DNA of 32,000 nt. Origin: Prochlorococcus sp. MIT 0801. GTDB taxonomy: Bacteria > Cyanobacteriota > Cyanobacteriia > PCC-6307 > Cyanobiaceae. The notes below the pieces were generated by a model. It ran no database searches, had not been told where the DNA came from, and was given only the letters and a program-made list of their open reading frames with translations. The DNA lies in the NCBI RefSeq assembly GCF_000757865.1, contig NZ_CP007754.1:1590001-1622000 (forward strand). The letters are read 5' to 3'. Positions 1-11,346 of the stretch are shown one piece after another. Each line of letters begins with the position of its first letter. The first letter of the stretch is position 1. A program made the translations under genes and the position numbers.

Positions 1-230
<230 letters not shown>

Positions 231-341
231 TTAATGTTTTAGTCTTATGTTAATCCACACTACCTCAAGACCATGAAGAAGATCTACATAAATCAAAATT
301 ACGGCATAAGATAATCAAATTGAACCAATAGCCAAAAGTTC

Positions 342-1691
342 ATGACACAAATAATTAATAAAGATGAGATTCAAGAGACCCCTTCAAAAAGATTGACTAT
401 AAAAACGGCTAATAATATTGATCAGGCTCAGCTTGAGCTCAAGATAATTACTGATAGAACATCTGGCAAAGTTCAAGATAAAGCAATAAAAGTAGTTGAC
501 GATATTCTTAAAAACATTAGTGAAAGAGGGGATGAAGCTCTTAAAGAATACACCTCTCGCTTTGATGGATTTCTAGCTGAAAAATTTCAAGTTCCATCAA
601 AATTAATACTGAAAGCTTGGGAAGAGACTCCCAAGGATTTACAAGATTCACTTTTATTGGCAAAAAAAAGAATTGAAAAATTTCATAGTCTTCAATTACC
701 AAGAAATATCAGTTATACTGGTCCCCATGGTGAATCATTAGGACGGAGATGGAGTCCTGTTGAAAAAGCGGGAATATATATTCCTGGCGGAAGGGCCGCC
801 TATCCAAGCACTGTTTTAATGAATGCGATTCCTGCTTTTGTTGCAGGAGTAAATCAAATCATCATGGTCTCGCCAGCTAACTCAAAAGGGGACTTAAACC
901 AAACCGTTCTAGCTGCGGCTCATATTACTGGAATAAACAAAGTTTTTCGTATTGGAGGCGCTCAGGCCATTGGAGCGCTTGCTAGTGGGACTCAATCAAT
1001 TCCAAAAGTAGATGTAATTACTGGACCAGGTAATATTTATGTAACTTTGGCAAAGAAAAAAGTTTATGGAAAGGTAGGAATTGATTCACTGGCTGGTCCA
1101 AGTGAGATCCTAATAATCGCTGACCAATCAGCCAAATTGGAACATGTTGCTTCTGATATGTTAGCTCAATCTGAACATGACCCTTTAGCTTCGGCAATAC
1201 TAATCACTACTAATAAAGAATTAGCAGAAAAATTACCTTCAGAAATTGAACGCCAATTAATTAATCATCCAAGATTAAAAATATGCCAAGAATCAATCTC
1301 TAAGTGGGGTTTAATAGTCATTTGTGATAGTTTAGAGACTTGCGCAAAATTAAGCAATACATTTGCTCCAGAACATCTTGAATTACTTGTAGAGGACCCA
1401 AAAGAATTATCTAAAAGCATCAATAATGCTGGAGCAATATTCATGGGACCATGGAGCCCAGAAGCTATTGGAGATTATCTTGGGGGGCCAAATCACACTC
1501 TTCCTACCTCAGGGACTGCAAGGTTTGCTGGTGCTCTTGGAGTAGAAACTTTTATGAAAAATACTTCAATTATTGATTTTTCAAGAGAAGCTTTTAATGA
1601 AAATAAAAATGCAGTTGTGCATTTAGCTAATAGCGAGGGATTGCATAGTCACGCAGAATCGATACGAATTAGAGATTCTAAATCTTGTTAA
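342..1691 (+). CDS. hisD: histidinol dehydrogenase
   Basis: 449-aa ORF with HisD hallmarks: [42 protein letters not shown]. The exact start was not verified. Confidence 0.95.
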   Translation: MTQIINKDEIQETPSKRLTIKTANNIDQAQLELKIITDRTSGKVQDKAIKVVDDILKNISERGDEALKEYTSRFDGFLAEKFQVPSKLILKAWEETPKDLQDSLLLAKKRIEKFHSLQLPRNISYTGPHGESLGRRWSPVEKAGIYIPGGRAAYPSTVLMNAIPAFVAGVNQIIMVSPANSKGDLNQTVLAAAHITGINKVFRIGGAQAIGALASGTQSIPKVDVITGPGNIYVTLAKKKVYGKVGIDSLAGPSEILIIADQSAKLEHVASDMLAQSEHDPLASAILITTNKELAEKLPSEIERQLINHPRLKICQESISKWGLIVICDSLETCAKLSNTFAPEHLELLVEDPKELSKSINNAGAIFMGPWSPEAIGDYLGGPNHTLPTSGTARFAGALGVETFMKNTSIIDFSREAFNENKNAVVHLANSEGLHSHAESIRIRDSKSC

Positions 1692-2388
1692 GTGATTCAA
1701 CACCCACTGCGTCATTTTCTACTTTCCCAACTAATACTTGATCTGTCAGGTTAACAAAAAGTCCATTTTCAAGAACACCTGGAATGTTGTTAATTTGACT
1801 CTCCAATAGTTCAGGTTGGTCAATACCATTACTAAAAGATAAATCAAGTATCAAGTTTCCCTGATCAGTAACTATAGGTCCAGCTTTCTTCTGGGCCATT
1901 CTTAGATACCCTTCTCCTCCAAGATCTTCTAATGTTTTTTGGACTTGTTTCCAAGCAGAAGGAAGAACCTCTACTGGCAATTTGAAATCAAGGTTTAATT
2001 TGTCAACAAGTTTTGTGGAGTCAACCACAACTATAAATTTTCTGGCCAAAGCAGCCACTAGTTTTTCCTGAACATGACAAGCTCCTCCCCCTTTAATTAA
2101 TTGAAATTTGGGATCCACTTCATCTGCGCCATCAATTGCAAGGTCAATTTCTGAAACCGAGGAAAGAGATTTCAGTGGTATGCCTAATTCCGAAGCAAGA
2201 ACTTCACCCTGAAAAGATGTAGTGACTCCAACAACATCTTTTATTTCTCCTGATTTTATTTTCACAGCCAATGCTTCAATCATTAAAGCTGCTGTAGAAC
2301 CAGAGCCAAGGCCAAGAATCATCCCGTTTTCAATTTGATCTACAGCAGCTAGAGCAACTGCTTGTTTCATTTGATTTTGGAGATCCAT
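1678..2388 (-). CDS. rpiA: ribose-5-phosphate isomerase A
   Basis: 236-aa ORF with [15 protein letters not shown] and KGGGACH motifs typical of RpiA. It converges on hisD with a 14-nt overlap. Confidence 0.93.
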   Translation of the reverse strand: MDLQNQMKQAVALAAVDQIENGMILGLGSGSTAALMIEALAVKIKSGEIKDVVGVTTSFQGEVLASELGIPLKSLSSVSEIDLAIDGADEVDPKFQLIKGGGACHVQEKLVAALARKFIVVVDSTKLVDKLNLDFKLPVEVLPSAWKQVQKTLEDLGGEGYLRMAQKKAGPIVTDQGNLILDLSFSNGIDQPELLESQINNIPGVLENGLFVNLTDQVLVGKVENDAVGVESLNKI

Positions 2389-2424
2389 TTAGTCGTACCT
2401 TTTCGAAAGACAGTAGCAAGTTTT

Positions 2425-3654
<1,230 letters not shown>

Positions 3655-3749
3655 CTAGTAATATTTAGAAGCCTGACGGTACCTCTTTGAATAGGGGCGG
3701 GTCAAAACTTAAACCGCTCGGGCTTCCTGCCCGACTTCGACACTGCCTT

Positions 3750-4220
3750 TTGTCTAATCAAACCGTTTCAGAATTGAAGGTTCTTACAGCGAAATCAGCG
3801 ACTAATTATGGCTTTGATGTAACTGATTTTAAGATGTTAACTCATCTAAACCCCTTATCAATTCAGCTAAATATCCGACACAAAAATCCTGACAAGAAAG
3901 TCTCTATTGATGACTGTTCTATGCTTAGTCAACATATTGATGAAGCTATCCAAGGTTCTTCAATAATTGATCAACCTTTTAATCTTGAAATCAGCAGCGA
4001 GGGAATTGGTGATTTTTTAACAGATGAAAAAGATTTTAAAACATTCAAAGGTTTTCCTATTGAAGTTACTTATCAGGATTTAAAAAAAATTGAACAACAA
4101 ACAAACGGTTTGCTTCTAAAAAGGACAGATAATCAACTTCATATAAATCAAAAGGGGAAAACTCAACGAATTCCGGTTGAAGACGTTATCCAAGTCCGAC
4201 TCACAACACCCTCCGGTTAA
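3750..4220 (+). CDS. rimP: ribosome maturation factor RimP
   Basis: Lies immediately upstream of nusA, as in the conserved rimP-nusA-infB operon. Size and sequence (..ATNYGFDVTDFKMLTH..LSIQLNIRH..) fit RimP. The ORF is open from TTG 3687, but that 21-codon extension is unusually GC/Arg-rich and hairpin-forming, so TTG 3750 is preferred. The start is uncertain. Confidence 0.8.
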   Translation: MSNQTVSELKVLTAKSATNYGFDVTDFKMLTHLNPLSIQLNIRHKNPDKKVSIDDCSMLSQHIDEAIQGSSIIDQPFNLEISSEGIGDFLTDEKDFKTFKGFPIEVTYQDLKKIEQQTNGLLLKRTDNQLHINQKGKTQRIPVEDVIQVRLTTPSG

Positions 4221-4275
4221 AATCTAGATAGTAATTATCTAACCCAATCATTCTCATCTCTACATCCCATCATCG

Positions 4276-5715
4276 ATGGCTCTTGTTCTACTCCCAGGCT
4301 TAAATAACTTAATTGAAGACATTAGTGAGGAAAAAAAGCTTCCATCACAAGTCGTCGAAGCTGCTTTGAGAGAAGCACTTTTAAAAGGTTATGAACGATA
4401 TCGAAGAACTCTTTATTTAGGTATCAGTGAAGATCCTTTTGAAGAAGATTATTTTAGTAACTTTGATGTTGGATTGGATCTAGAAGAGGAGGGTTACAGA
4501 GTTTTAGCAAGTAAAATAATAGTTGAGGAGGTTGAGAGTGATGATCATCAAATAGCAATTGTTGAGGTTAAGCAAGTTGCTGATGACGCTCAAGTTGGCG
4601 ATACCGTTGTACTAGATGTGACTCCAGAGAAAGAAGATTTTGGAAGAATGGCTGCATCTACAACCAAGCAAGTTTTAGCTCAAAAATTGAGAGATCAGCA
4701 GAGAAGAATGATTCAAGAGGAGTTTGCTGACCTAGAAGATCCAGTTCTAACTGCCAGGGTCATTAGATTTGAAAGGCAGTCAGTTATTATGGCAGTTAGC
4801 TCTGGTTTAGGTAGACCAGAAGTAGAAGCAGAGCTTCCAAGACGAGATCAATTGCCAAATGATAATTATCGAGCAAACGCAACATTTAAAGTATTTCTCA
4901 AAGAAGTTAGTGAAATTCCTAGGAGAGGGCCTCAACTTTTTGTCAGCAGGTCAAACGCCGGATTGGTTGTATATTTATTTGAGAATGAAGTTCCTGAAAT
5001 TCAAGAAGGTTCAGTACGTATTGTTGCTGTTGCTCGTGAAGCAAATCCACCTTCAAGAGCAGTAGGTCCCAGAACAAAAGTAGCTGTTGACAGTATCGAA
5101 AGAGAGGTGGACCCTGTTGGAGCATGCATTGGTGCTAGAGGGGCTCGCATTCAACAAGTGGTAAATGAACTTCGTGGAGAAAAAATAGATGTAATTCGTT
5201 GGTCTTCAGACCCTGTTCAATACATCTGTAACTCATTAAGTCCTGCAAGAGTTGAAGTAGTTAGACTTGTTGATCCTGAAGGTCAGCATGCTCATGTCTT
5301 GGTTCCACCAGATCAACTTAGCCTCGCAATCGGAAGAGAAGGGCAAAATGTAAGACTTGCTGCAAGGCTCACAGGATGGAAAATAGATATCAAAAATTCA
5401 CAAGAATATGATCAAGCCACTGAAGATTCCGAGGTTGCAGAATTAATTTCTCAAAGAGAAGAAGAAGAATCTTTACAGAGAGAAGCTGAGAAGAGATTAG
5501 AAGCAGAACAAGCAGCTAGAGCTGAAGAAGATGCACGTTTAAGAGAGCTTTACCCCCTTCCAGAAGACGAAGAAGAGTTTCAAGATGAGCAGTTGTCAGA
5601 CATCGATAATAATGAAACAGAATCTGAATCTGAAGAAAGTGATATTGAAGAAACAATCGAAGAAGGGGTTGCTTCTGAAGATAAAATAATTACAGAAGAG
5701 GAAGGAACCCGGTGA
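4276..5715 (+). CDS. nusA: transcription termination/antitermination factor NusA with an acidic C-terminal tail
   Basis: 479 aa with an N-terminal domain, S1 and KH motifs (GACIGARGARIQ, LAIGREGQNVRLA). The last ~90 aa are a Glu/Asp-rich low-complexity tail. Confidence 0.95.
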   Translation: MALVLLPGLNNLIEDISEEKKLPSQVVEAALREALLKGYERYRRTLYLGISEDPFEEDYFSNFDVGLDLEEEGYRVLASKIIVEEVESDDHQIAIVEVKQVADDAQVGDTVVLDVTPEKEDFGRMAASTTKQVLAQKLRDQQRRMIQEEFADLEDPVLTARVIRFERQSVIMAVSSGLGRPEVEAELPRRDQLPNDNYRANATFKVFLKEVSEIPRRGPQLFVSRSNAGLVVYLFENEVPEIQEGSVRIVAVAREANPPSRAVGPRTKVAVDSIEREVDPVGACIGARGARIQQVVNELRGEKIDVIRWSSDPVQYICNSLSPARVEVVRLVDPEGQHAHVLVPPDQLSLAIGREGQNVRLAARLTGWKIDIKNSQEYDQATEDSEVAELISQREEEESLQREAEKRLEAEQAARAEEDARLRELYPLPEDEEEFQDEQLSDIDNNETESESEESDIEETIEEGVASEDKIITEEEGTR

Positions 5716-5987
5716 GTCAAAACCCCATTCTGCGAAGGTGTGTAGCTTGCAAAAAAGTTCTTGATCGCAAGTATTTTTTAAAAGTTACTAGAGATTTTCA
5801 GAATGGAGTAGTTTTCTCAGGCGGGATGGGAAGATCAGCCTATCTCTGTCCAACTGAGTCATGTTTTGAAGAAGCTTTGAAGCGTAAAAGATTACAAAAA
5901 GCTTTGAGATGTGATGTACACTCAAGCGTTTTCAATATGCTCCAAAAACAACTCAATACCTGCATTTATTCAGATACTGAGGCATGA
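5712..5987 (+). CDS. ylxR: YlxR/DUF448-family RNA-binding protein
   Basis: 91 aa with LRRCVACKK near the N-terminus and the conserved position between nusA and infB. Its GTG start overlaps the nusA stop (GTGA). Confidence 0.8.
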   Translation: MSQNPILRRCVACKKVLDRKYFLKVTRDFQNGVVFSGGMGRSAYLCPTESCFEEALKRKRLQKALRCDVHSSVFNMLQKQLNTCIYSDTEA

Positions 5988-6051
5988 TGTTCATTAAGAG
6001 AACTCAGTCAACTCAAAAACCAAATCTAAAGTTCAAGCACAACATTAATTA

Positions 6052-9000
6052 ATGACCAGCAGCGGTAAAATCAGAATTTATGAATTGTCCAAGGATTTAA
6101 ACCTTGACAATAAAGATGTGCTAGACGCAGCTCGAAAACTTGCAATAGCAGCAAAGAGCCACAGCAGCTCGATAAGCAGTCTTGAGGCAAATCAAATCAA
6201 AGATTTTCTAAAAACTAGCAATACTGAAAAAACCACTATTAAAGCCAGTAAGAAATTAGACAAACAAATTCTTTCTGTTAAAAAAAGTCCTGTCAAAACT
6301 CAAAAGAATCAGAAGAACGAATCTAAAAATACCCCCGATCAATCAGAACTTTCACAGGTAAAGTTAAATACCCCTTTAAAGCCAAGTCAAATTTTAGTTA
6401 CAAACCAAGGAGCTTCACAAGCAAATAACCAAAAAACTTTAAAAAATAAATTTCCTGCACAACAACAAATAACCGCACCCCCTAAACCAAATAAACCATT
6501 ACCTCCAAAGCCTAGAGAAGAAGTAAAACCAACTATTTCCAAGCCTTTAACTCAAACTGAGCGAAAGATTCCACATCCCGAACAAAAAAAAGATGAACAA
6601 TTCATCAACCAACCAAAAAGATCTGAATTAACTAAAAAACCAATTGGTCAACCACAGCAAATTAATCGTCAGGAACCAAAGAGAACATTAGCACCACCAA
6701 GCAGACCAAAAATAAATATTCAAGATAAAAAAAACTTACAACCTAATATCCAAAAAACAAAAACAAGAACGAATCAGGATGATATTTCTCCTCAGAAAGT
6801 TGGTCAAGGGAATATCCAAAGAAGTAAAAGTCAAAACAAACAGAATCCACCGTCGAGGACAACTCAGCCTCCAACCAAAGAAAATACTCTTGAACTTGTA
6901 GGTGCACCAATACGAAGAGAAAAGCCTGTAAATAAACCTCAGACGAACGAAGTAAGAACTAAGCCCGTAATGCCATTAAGGCCAGGCGCGCCAAAAAAAC
7001 CAACCTCTGCAAATCGTCAAGGATTATCAAATCGACCTAGTCCTAATAACAGAATGGGAGGGGCAGGTCGACCAGGTTCGCCAAATCGTCAAGGTCTCAA
7101 TCGAGGTGGAGTAGCAAATCGACCTACTCAAGGTCAAAACCGTCCAGGTGCTAATAATCGAGCTGGAGCGCCAGTGCGTACTGGGGCTCCAGCTCGAGGG
7201 GCTATACAAAACAGACCTGGAGTTCCTACCAGGTCCATTGGTGGGCCAAACCGTGCTAATAATCGACCAGGCGTTCCATCTGGTATGAGGAAACCAGTTG
7301 CACCTAGTGAATTGATGCAACTGCAAAAGCCACAAGCCAGACCAAAGGCTCCACAAAGAAAAACTGATTCTCCAACTAGCCCTAGGCCTAAAAGAGAAAA
7401 CTCAACTGGAGCAAGGCCACCGGTAAACAGGCCAACTCCAGCAGCTCCTAAAAAGCCAACTTATAGACCTGGTGGTACCGCTGCAGCACCAAGAAGGACA
7501 GGAAGACCTGATTGGGATGACAGTGCAAAGCTTGATGCTTTAAGAAATAAATCTCCTCAAAAACAGCGTCAAAAAGTCCATATTATTGGAGAAAATGATG
7601 ATGCACTAACTGCAGAAAGAGGTGGATTCGCAGGGGAACAACAAGCAGTTGTTCTCTCAGAGAGCTTGGCTCGACCATCAAAGCCCAAGGCTGGAAAGAG
7701 AAACAATGGGAAGCCTTTAACTGCTCTAAAAAAACGTAAAAAAGAAACAACTCGCCAAAGGCAAAGAAGACGTGCGATGGAATTAAGAGCAGCTAGAGAA
7801 GCAAAACTTGTAAGACCGGAAATGATTGTTGTCCCAGAAGACAATCTCACAGTTCAAGAGCTTGCTGACATGTTGAGTGTTGAAAGTTCCGAAATCATTA
7901 AATCATTATTTTTCAAAGGAATTACTGCAACCGTTACTCAATCACTAGATCTAGCGACAATCGAGACAGTTGCTGAGGAATTCGGAGTACCAGTTCTTCA
8001 AGATGATGTTGAAGAAGCAGCGAAGAAGACAGTTGAAATGATTGAGGAGGGAGATTTAAAATACTTAATTAGAAGACCTCCCGTCGTTACAGTGATGGGG
8101 CACGTTGATCATGGAAAAACATCTTTACTAGACGCTATTAGAAAAGCAAGAGTTGCAGCAGGGGAAGCTGGAGGAATTACTCAACACATCGGTGCTTATC
8201 AAATTGAGACTGAACATGATGGATCAACTAAAAAACTAACTTTTCTGGACACCCCTGGGCATGAAGCTTTTACAGCGATGAGAGCTAGAGGCACTAGGGT
8301 CACAGATGTAGCGATTTTAGTTGTAGCTGCTGATGATGGGGTTAGGCCTCAAACCCTAGAAGCTATTAGCCATGCAAGAGCAGCAAAAGTCCCCATTGTC
8401 GTAGCAATAAACAAAATTGATAAAGAAGGATCTTCTCCCGATCGTGTAAAACAAGAGTTATCAGAGCAGGATTTATTGTCAGAAGAATGGGGAGGAGACG
8501 TGGTAATGGTTCCCGTTAGTGCAATTAAAGGCGAAAACATCGATAAACTTTTAGAGATGGTTTTGCTCGTAACTGAAGTAGAGGATTTACAAGCAAACCC
8601 AGACAGATTGGCTAAAGGTACCGTTATCGAAGCCCACTTAGACAAAGCAAAAGGGCCTGTTGCAACATTATTAGTTCAAAATGGTACCCTCAAATCAGGA
8701 GATGTAGTCGCAGCTGGGCCAATACTTGGAAAAGTAAGAGCGATGGTGGATGAAAATGGATCCAGGATTAAAGAAGCAGGTCCATCTTTTCCAGTCGAAG
8801 CCCTTGGCTTTAGCGAAGTACCAACAGCTGGTGATGAGTTCGAAGTTTATCCAGATGAAAAAGCCGCGAGAGCAGTGGTTGGAGAACGAGCAAACGATGC
8901 TCGTGCAGCGCGACTTGCTCAGCAAATGGCTTCAAGACGAGTTTCACTTTCGTCGATGTCTGGGCAAGCAAGTGAGGGTGAACTTAAAGAATTAAATATT

Positions 9001-9600
9001 ATCCTCAAAGCTGATGTTCAAGGAAGCTTAGAAGCAATACTTGGTTCTCTAGAGCAGCTTCCTAAAGACGAAGTCCAAGTCAGAGTATTGCTCTCAGCTC
9101 CAGGTGAAATCACAGAGACTGATGTTGACTTAGCAGCGGCCTCTGGTGCTGTAATAGTTGGATTCAATACTTCAATGGCATCAGGCGCCAAACGAGCCGC
9201 TGATGCAAATGGCGTTGACGTAAGAGACTACGAGGTTATTTATAAGCTTTTAGAAGATATCCAATTAGCGATGGAGGGTCTTCTAGAACCAGAAATGATA
9301 GAAGAAGCTCTTGGGGTGGCTGAGGTTAGAGCAATATTCTCCATTGGTAAAAGTGCCGTTGCTGGTTGCTACGTAATAAATGGAAAGATACAACGTAATT
9401 GCCGAGCCAGAGTTAAAAGAGGAAAACAAGTAGTTTTCGAAGGCGATCTAGACTCATTGAAAAGGAATAAAGATGACGTCAAGGATGTATCAACAGGGTT
9501 CGAATGTGGAATAGGTTGTGATCGCTTTGCAAACTGGGAAGAAGGTGATCAAATTGAAGCATTCAAGCTTGTAACCCAAAGAAGAAAGTTAACAACTTAA
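6052..9600 (+). CDS. infB: translation initiation factor IF-2 with a long Pro/Asn/Arg/Gln-rich N-terminal region
   Basis: 1182 aa. G-domain motifs [20 protein letters not shown] and NKIDK, and a conserved C-terminal half. About 500 aa of low complexity (NRPG/NRQG-type repeats) precede the G domain. Confidence 0.97.
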   Translation: MTSSGKIRIYELSKDLNLDNKDVLDAARKLAIAAKSHSSSISSLEANQIKDFLKTSNTEKTTIKASKKLDKQILSVKKSPVKTQKNQKNESKNTPDQSELSQVKLNTPLKPSQILVTNQGASQANNQKTLKNKFPAQQQITAPPKPNKPLPPKPREEVKPTISKPLTQTERKIPHPEQKKDEQFINQPKRSELTKKPIGQPQQINRQEPKRTLAPPSRPKINIQDKKNLQPNIQKTKTRTNQDDISPQKVGQGNIQRSKSQNKQNPPSRTTQPPTKENTLELVGAPIRREKPVNKPQTNEVRTKPVMPLRPGAPKKPTSANRQGLSNRPSPNNRMGGAGRPGSPNRQGLNRGGVANRPTQGQNRPGANNRAGAPVRTGAPARGAIQNRPGVPTRSIGGPNRANNRPGVPSGMRKPVAPSELMQLQKPQARPKAPQRKTDSPTSPRPKRENSTGARPPVNRPTPAAPKKPTYRPGGTAAAPRRTGRPDWDDSAKLDALRNKSPQKQRQKVHIIGENDDALTAERGGFAGEQQAVVLSESLARPSKPKAGKRNNGKPLTALKKRKKETTRQRQRRRAMELRAAREAKLVRPEMIVVPEDNLTVQELADMLSVESSEIIKSLFFKGITATVTQSLDLATIETVAEEFGVPVLQDDVEEAAKKTVEMIEEGDLKYLIRRPPVVTVMGHVDHGKTSLLDAIRKARVAAGEAGGITQHIGAYQIETEHDGSTKKLTFLDTPGHEAFTAMRARGTRVTDVAILVVAADDGVRPQTLEAISHARAAKVPIVVAINKIDKEGSSPDRVKQELSEQDLLSEEWGGDVVMVPVSAIKGENIDKLLEMVLLVTEVEDLQANPDRLAKGTVIEAHLDKAKGPVATLLVQNGTLKSGDVVAAGPILGKVRAMVDENGSRIKEAGPSFPVEALGFSEVPTAGDEFEVYPDEKAARAVVGERANDARAARLAQQMASRRVSLSSMSGQASEGELKELNIILKADVQGSLEAILGSLEQLPKDEVQVRVLLSAPGEITETDVDLAAASGAVIVGFNTSMASGAKRAADANGVDVRDYEVIYKLLEDIQLAMEGLLEPEMIEEALGVAEVRAIFSIGKSAVAGCYVINGKIQRNCRARVKRGKQVVFEGDLDSLKRNKDDVKDVSTGFECGIGCDRFANWEEGDQIEAFKLVTQRRKLTT

Positions 9601-9654
9601 TTTAGCTAATCAATCCAAACTCACCTCTAATATATCTCATTAATTAAAGCTAGA

Positions 9655-9924
9655 TTACTTATCTGCATCTTCTTTGCTTCTGTCTTTAAATAACAAAAAG
9701 CCGATAATTACTAATGCTGAAGTTTGGATTGCAAGGTCATTAATGGATACATTATCTCCCGCAATTACGTTGGTAACCATAATAAACAAGCCTAGGGCCG
9801 CTGACCCGAAGAGTGCAATCCAGACAGTTCTTCTTAATCCCCGATAAGGATTTTTAGTCTCCTTCAACAGTCGAGCTTTTAAATTTGGATCCAAATTGGA
9901 ATCAGGCTTATTAGAATTACTCAA
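9655..9924 (-). CDS. small membrane protein, DUF3493-like (family assigned from memory)
   Basis: The track ORF 9655-10020 runs into the tRNA, so only the part downstream of TTG 9924 (or TTG 9936) is plausible. It has two hydrophobic segments (VWIALFGSAALGLFIMV, SALVIIGFLLF) after a basic PYRGLRR motif. Confidence 0.55.
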   Translation of the reverse strand: MSNSNKPDSNLDPNLKARLLKETKNPYRGLRRTVWIALFGSAALGLFIMVTNVIAGDNVSINDLAIQTSALVIIGFLLFKDRSKEDADK

Positions 9925-9957
9925 AAATAAATTCAAAGATGATAACTTTATTCTAGT

Positions 9958-10029
9958 GCCGGTGTAGCTCAGGGGTAGAGCAACTGATTCGTAACCAGTA
10001 GGTCGGTGGTTCAATTCCACTCATCGGCA
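9958..10029 (+). tRNA. tRNA-Thr (anticodon CGU)
   Basis: Hand-folded cloverleaf. The acceptor stem GCCGGTG/CATCGGC has one G-T pair. D arm GCTC-AGGGGTA-GAGC. Anticodon loop TT-CGT-AA. T arm GGTGG-TTCAATT-CCACT. Discriminator A. CCA is not encoded. Confidence 0.9.
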
Positions 10030-10279
10030 TATAGTTATTAAAGGGCTTTAGAAGGAATTTGCTTCAGAGAAGGTGACCTTAATTAAAGTTTTTATTAAAA
10101 TTTTTCTTCTTTTATAAAAACTTATAGAAGACTAAGATCCTTTCTCAAAAATCAACTGTGTCCAATGATTCTAGTAAAAGCGTCTAGTTATTCTGTTCAT
10201 AACGAAAGTCATCTCGATATGTTAGGGTCTTAGCGCTGTAAATGTATGTCATCGGTTTTTACCCTTACAAATAAAGGTT

Positions 10280-11026
10280 ATGACTTCTACTGCTCCTAAT
10301 GAGAATGTTAAGGATAATTTAAAAGATAAAATTTCTTGCAAATTAGTCTCAGAAATAATTCGTGAACGTATAAAAGCCAATGGAGCTAGATTCCATGCAA
10401 ATGATAATATTTCTGATTTCATTCAGCCTGGAGAACTAGAAACTCTTGAGAGAGAAGTTGCAACCAGAGTTAGAGATTTGCTGAAAACTTTATTGATTGA
10501 TGTTGATAATGACCACAACACTCAAGAAACTGCAGAACGAGTTTCCAGAATGTATCTAAATGAAGTATTTAAAGGCAGATATCACCCTCAACCTAAGGTT
10601 ACTAATTTTCCTAACGATAGAAATTTAGATGAGATCTATACACTTGGACCAATCACTGTTCGATCAGCATGTTCTCATCACTTTGTTCCAATTCTTGGAG
10701 ATTGCTGGATAGGAATAAAACCTGGAGAAAAAGTTATTGGAATATCGAAGTTTGCAAGAGTAGCTGATTGGGTCTTTTCTAGGCCACATATTCAAGAAGA
10801 AGCTGTCATGATTCTTGCTGATGAAATAGAGAGATTATGTGAACCCAAAGGTCTTGCAATCCTTGTTAAAGCACAACATTATTGTATGAAATGGCGAGGA
10901 GTCAAAGAGCCTGAAACCAGCATGATCAACTCAATCGTTAGGGGTGATTTTCGCCATGATGCAAGTTTGAAGCAGGAGTTCTTTGAACTTGTTAAGCAAC
11001 AATCCAATTTCGGTAAAAATTACTAA
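10280..11026 (+). CDS. folE: GTP cyclohydrolase I (FolE type IA, zinc-dependent type)
   Basis: 248 aa with QETAERVSRMY, the Zn-ligand motif CSHHFVP and the downstream HYCMKWRGV Cys. Confidence 0.93.
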   Translation: MTSTAPNENVKDNLKDKISCKLVSEIIRERIKANGARFHANDNISDFIQPGELETLEREVATRVRDLLKTLLIDVDNDHNTQETAERVSRMYLNEVFKGRYHPQPKVTNFPNDRNLDEIYTLGPITVRSACSHHFVPILGDCWIGIKPGEKVIGISKFARVADWVFSRPHIQEEAVMILADEIERLCEPKGLAILVKAQHYCMKWRGVKEPETSMINSIVRGDFRHDASLKQEFFELVKQQSNFGKNY

Positions 11027-11284
11027 ATCAAGTGGCATTTTGCGTGGTTACTTCAACTTTTGAATAAATCTCTAATAGCGAAAAAAGTGTTCTAATAACA
11101 AGGGAGGATAAGTAAGCAAAATTGCTTTAATAGCTATCAACTCAGACAGTTACATTATCAACTGTATGTCTAATCAATTATTGATGAAATGATCTATCTT
11201 TAACATAATCATTGTGCCCAACCGGAGGAGCAAAATATAAGGTAATCCTACTAAGACTTCAGCTTGAATGTTTTAACATGCAAA

Positions 11285-11305
11285 TGAAAATGGAAATCAT
11301 TTTCA
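11285..11305. promoter_or_regulatory. candidate Zur (Fur-family) operator upstream of the G3E-like/phosphoesterase operon
   Basis: Perfect 8-5-8 inverted repeat TGAAAATG-GAAAT-CATTTTCA, 41 nt upstream of ATG 11347 and just upstream of a TATATT -10-like hexamer (11316-11321). The stretch 11282-11303 matches 19458-19479 in the znuC/znuA intergenic region at 18/22 positions. Confidence 0.5.
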
Positions 11306-11346
11306 AAATGGATGTATATTCTTTTACGTTATTCCATATCTTTTGA

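Noticed and set aside
3687-3749. The 21-codon N-terminal extension of rimP given in the ORF track.
   Set aside because: It is atypically GC- and Arg-rich and forms hairpins, and RimP homology begins after it. It is treated as a leader, though translation is not excluded.
7027-8925. Antisense and alternative-frame ORFs inside infB (7027-7356, 7569-7850, 8349-8645, 8695-8925, 8750-8995).
   Set aside because: They lie entirely within a confidently identified conserved gene. Their compositions are low-complexity mirror images of the IF-2 sequence.
9925-10020. The N-terminal third of track ORF 9655-10020 (MELNHRPTGYESVALPLSYTG...).
   Set aside because: This is the typical antisense translation of a tRNA gene, and it overlaps tRNA-Thr at 9958-10029. 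Only the part downstream of TTG 9924/9936 is kept as a CDS.
10030-10279. A search for an integration scar (a direct repeat of the tRNA-Thr 3' end) that would mark the downstream cluster as a tRNA-targeted island.
   Set aside because: By eye, I found no second copy of the tRNA 3' segment (ggttcaattccactcatcggca) and no integrase anywhere in the window.
11173-11185. The perfect 6-1-6 palindrome ATCAAT-T-ATTGAT in the folE/11347 intergenic region.
   Set aside because: It is short and AT-rich, so chance occurrence is plausible. It is unrelated in sequence to the two matching operator copies. It is noted but not called.
11278-11346. A 22-codon upstream ORF (MQMKMEIIFKMDVYSFTLFHIF) whose stop abuts the ATG of gene 11347.
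   Set aside because: It overlaps the operator-like palindrome, and its multiple Met codons come from the AATG repeats of that motif. If the palindrome sits in the promoter, most of this ORF would not be transcribed. There is no ribosome-binding signal. It is kept only as a remote leader-peptide possibility.
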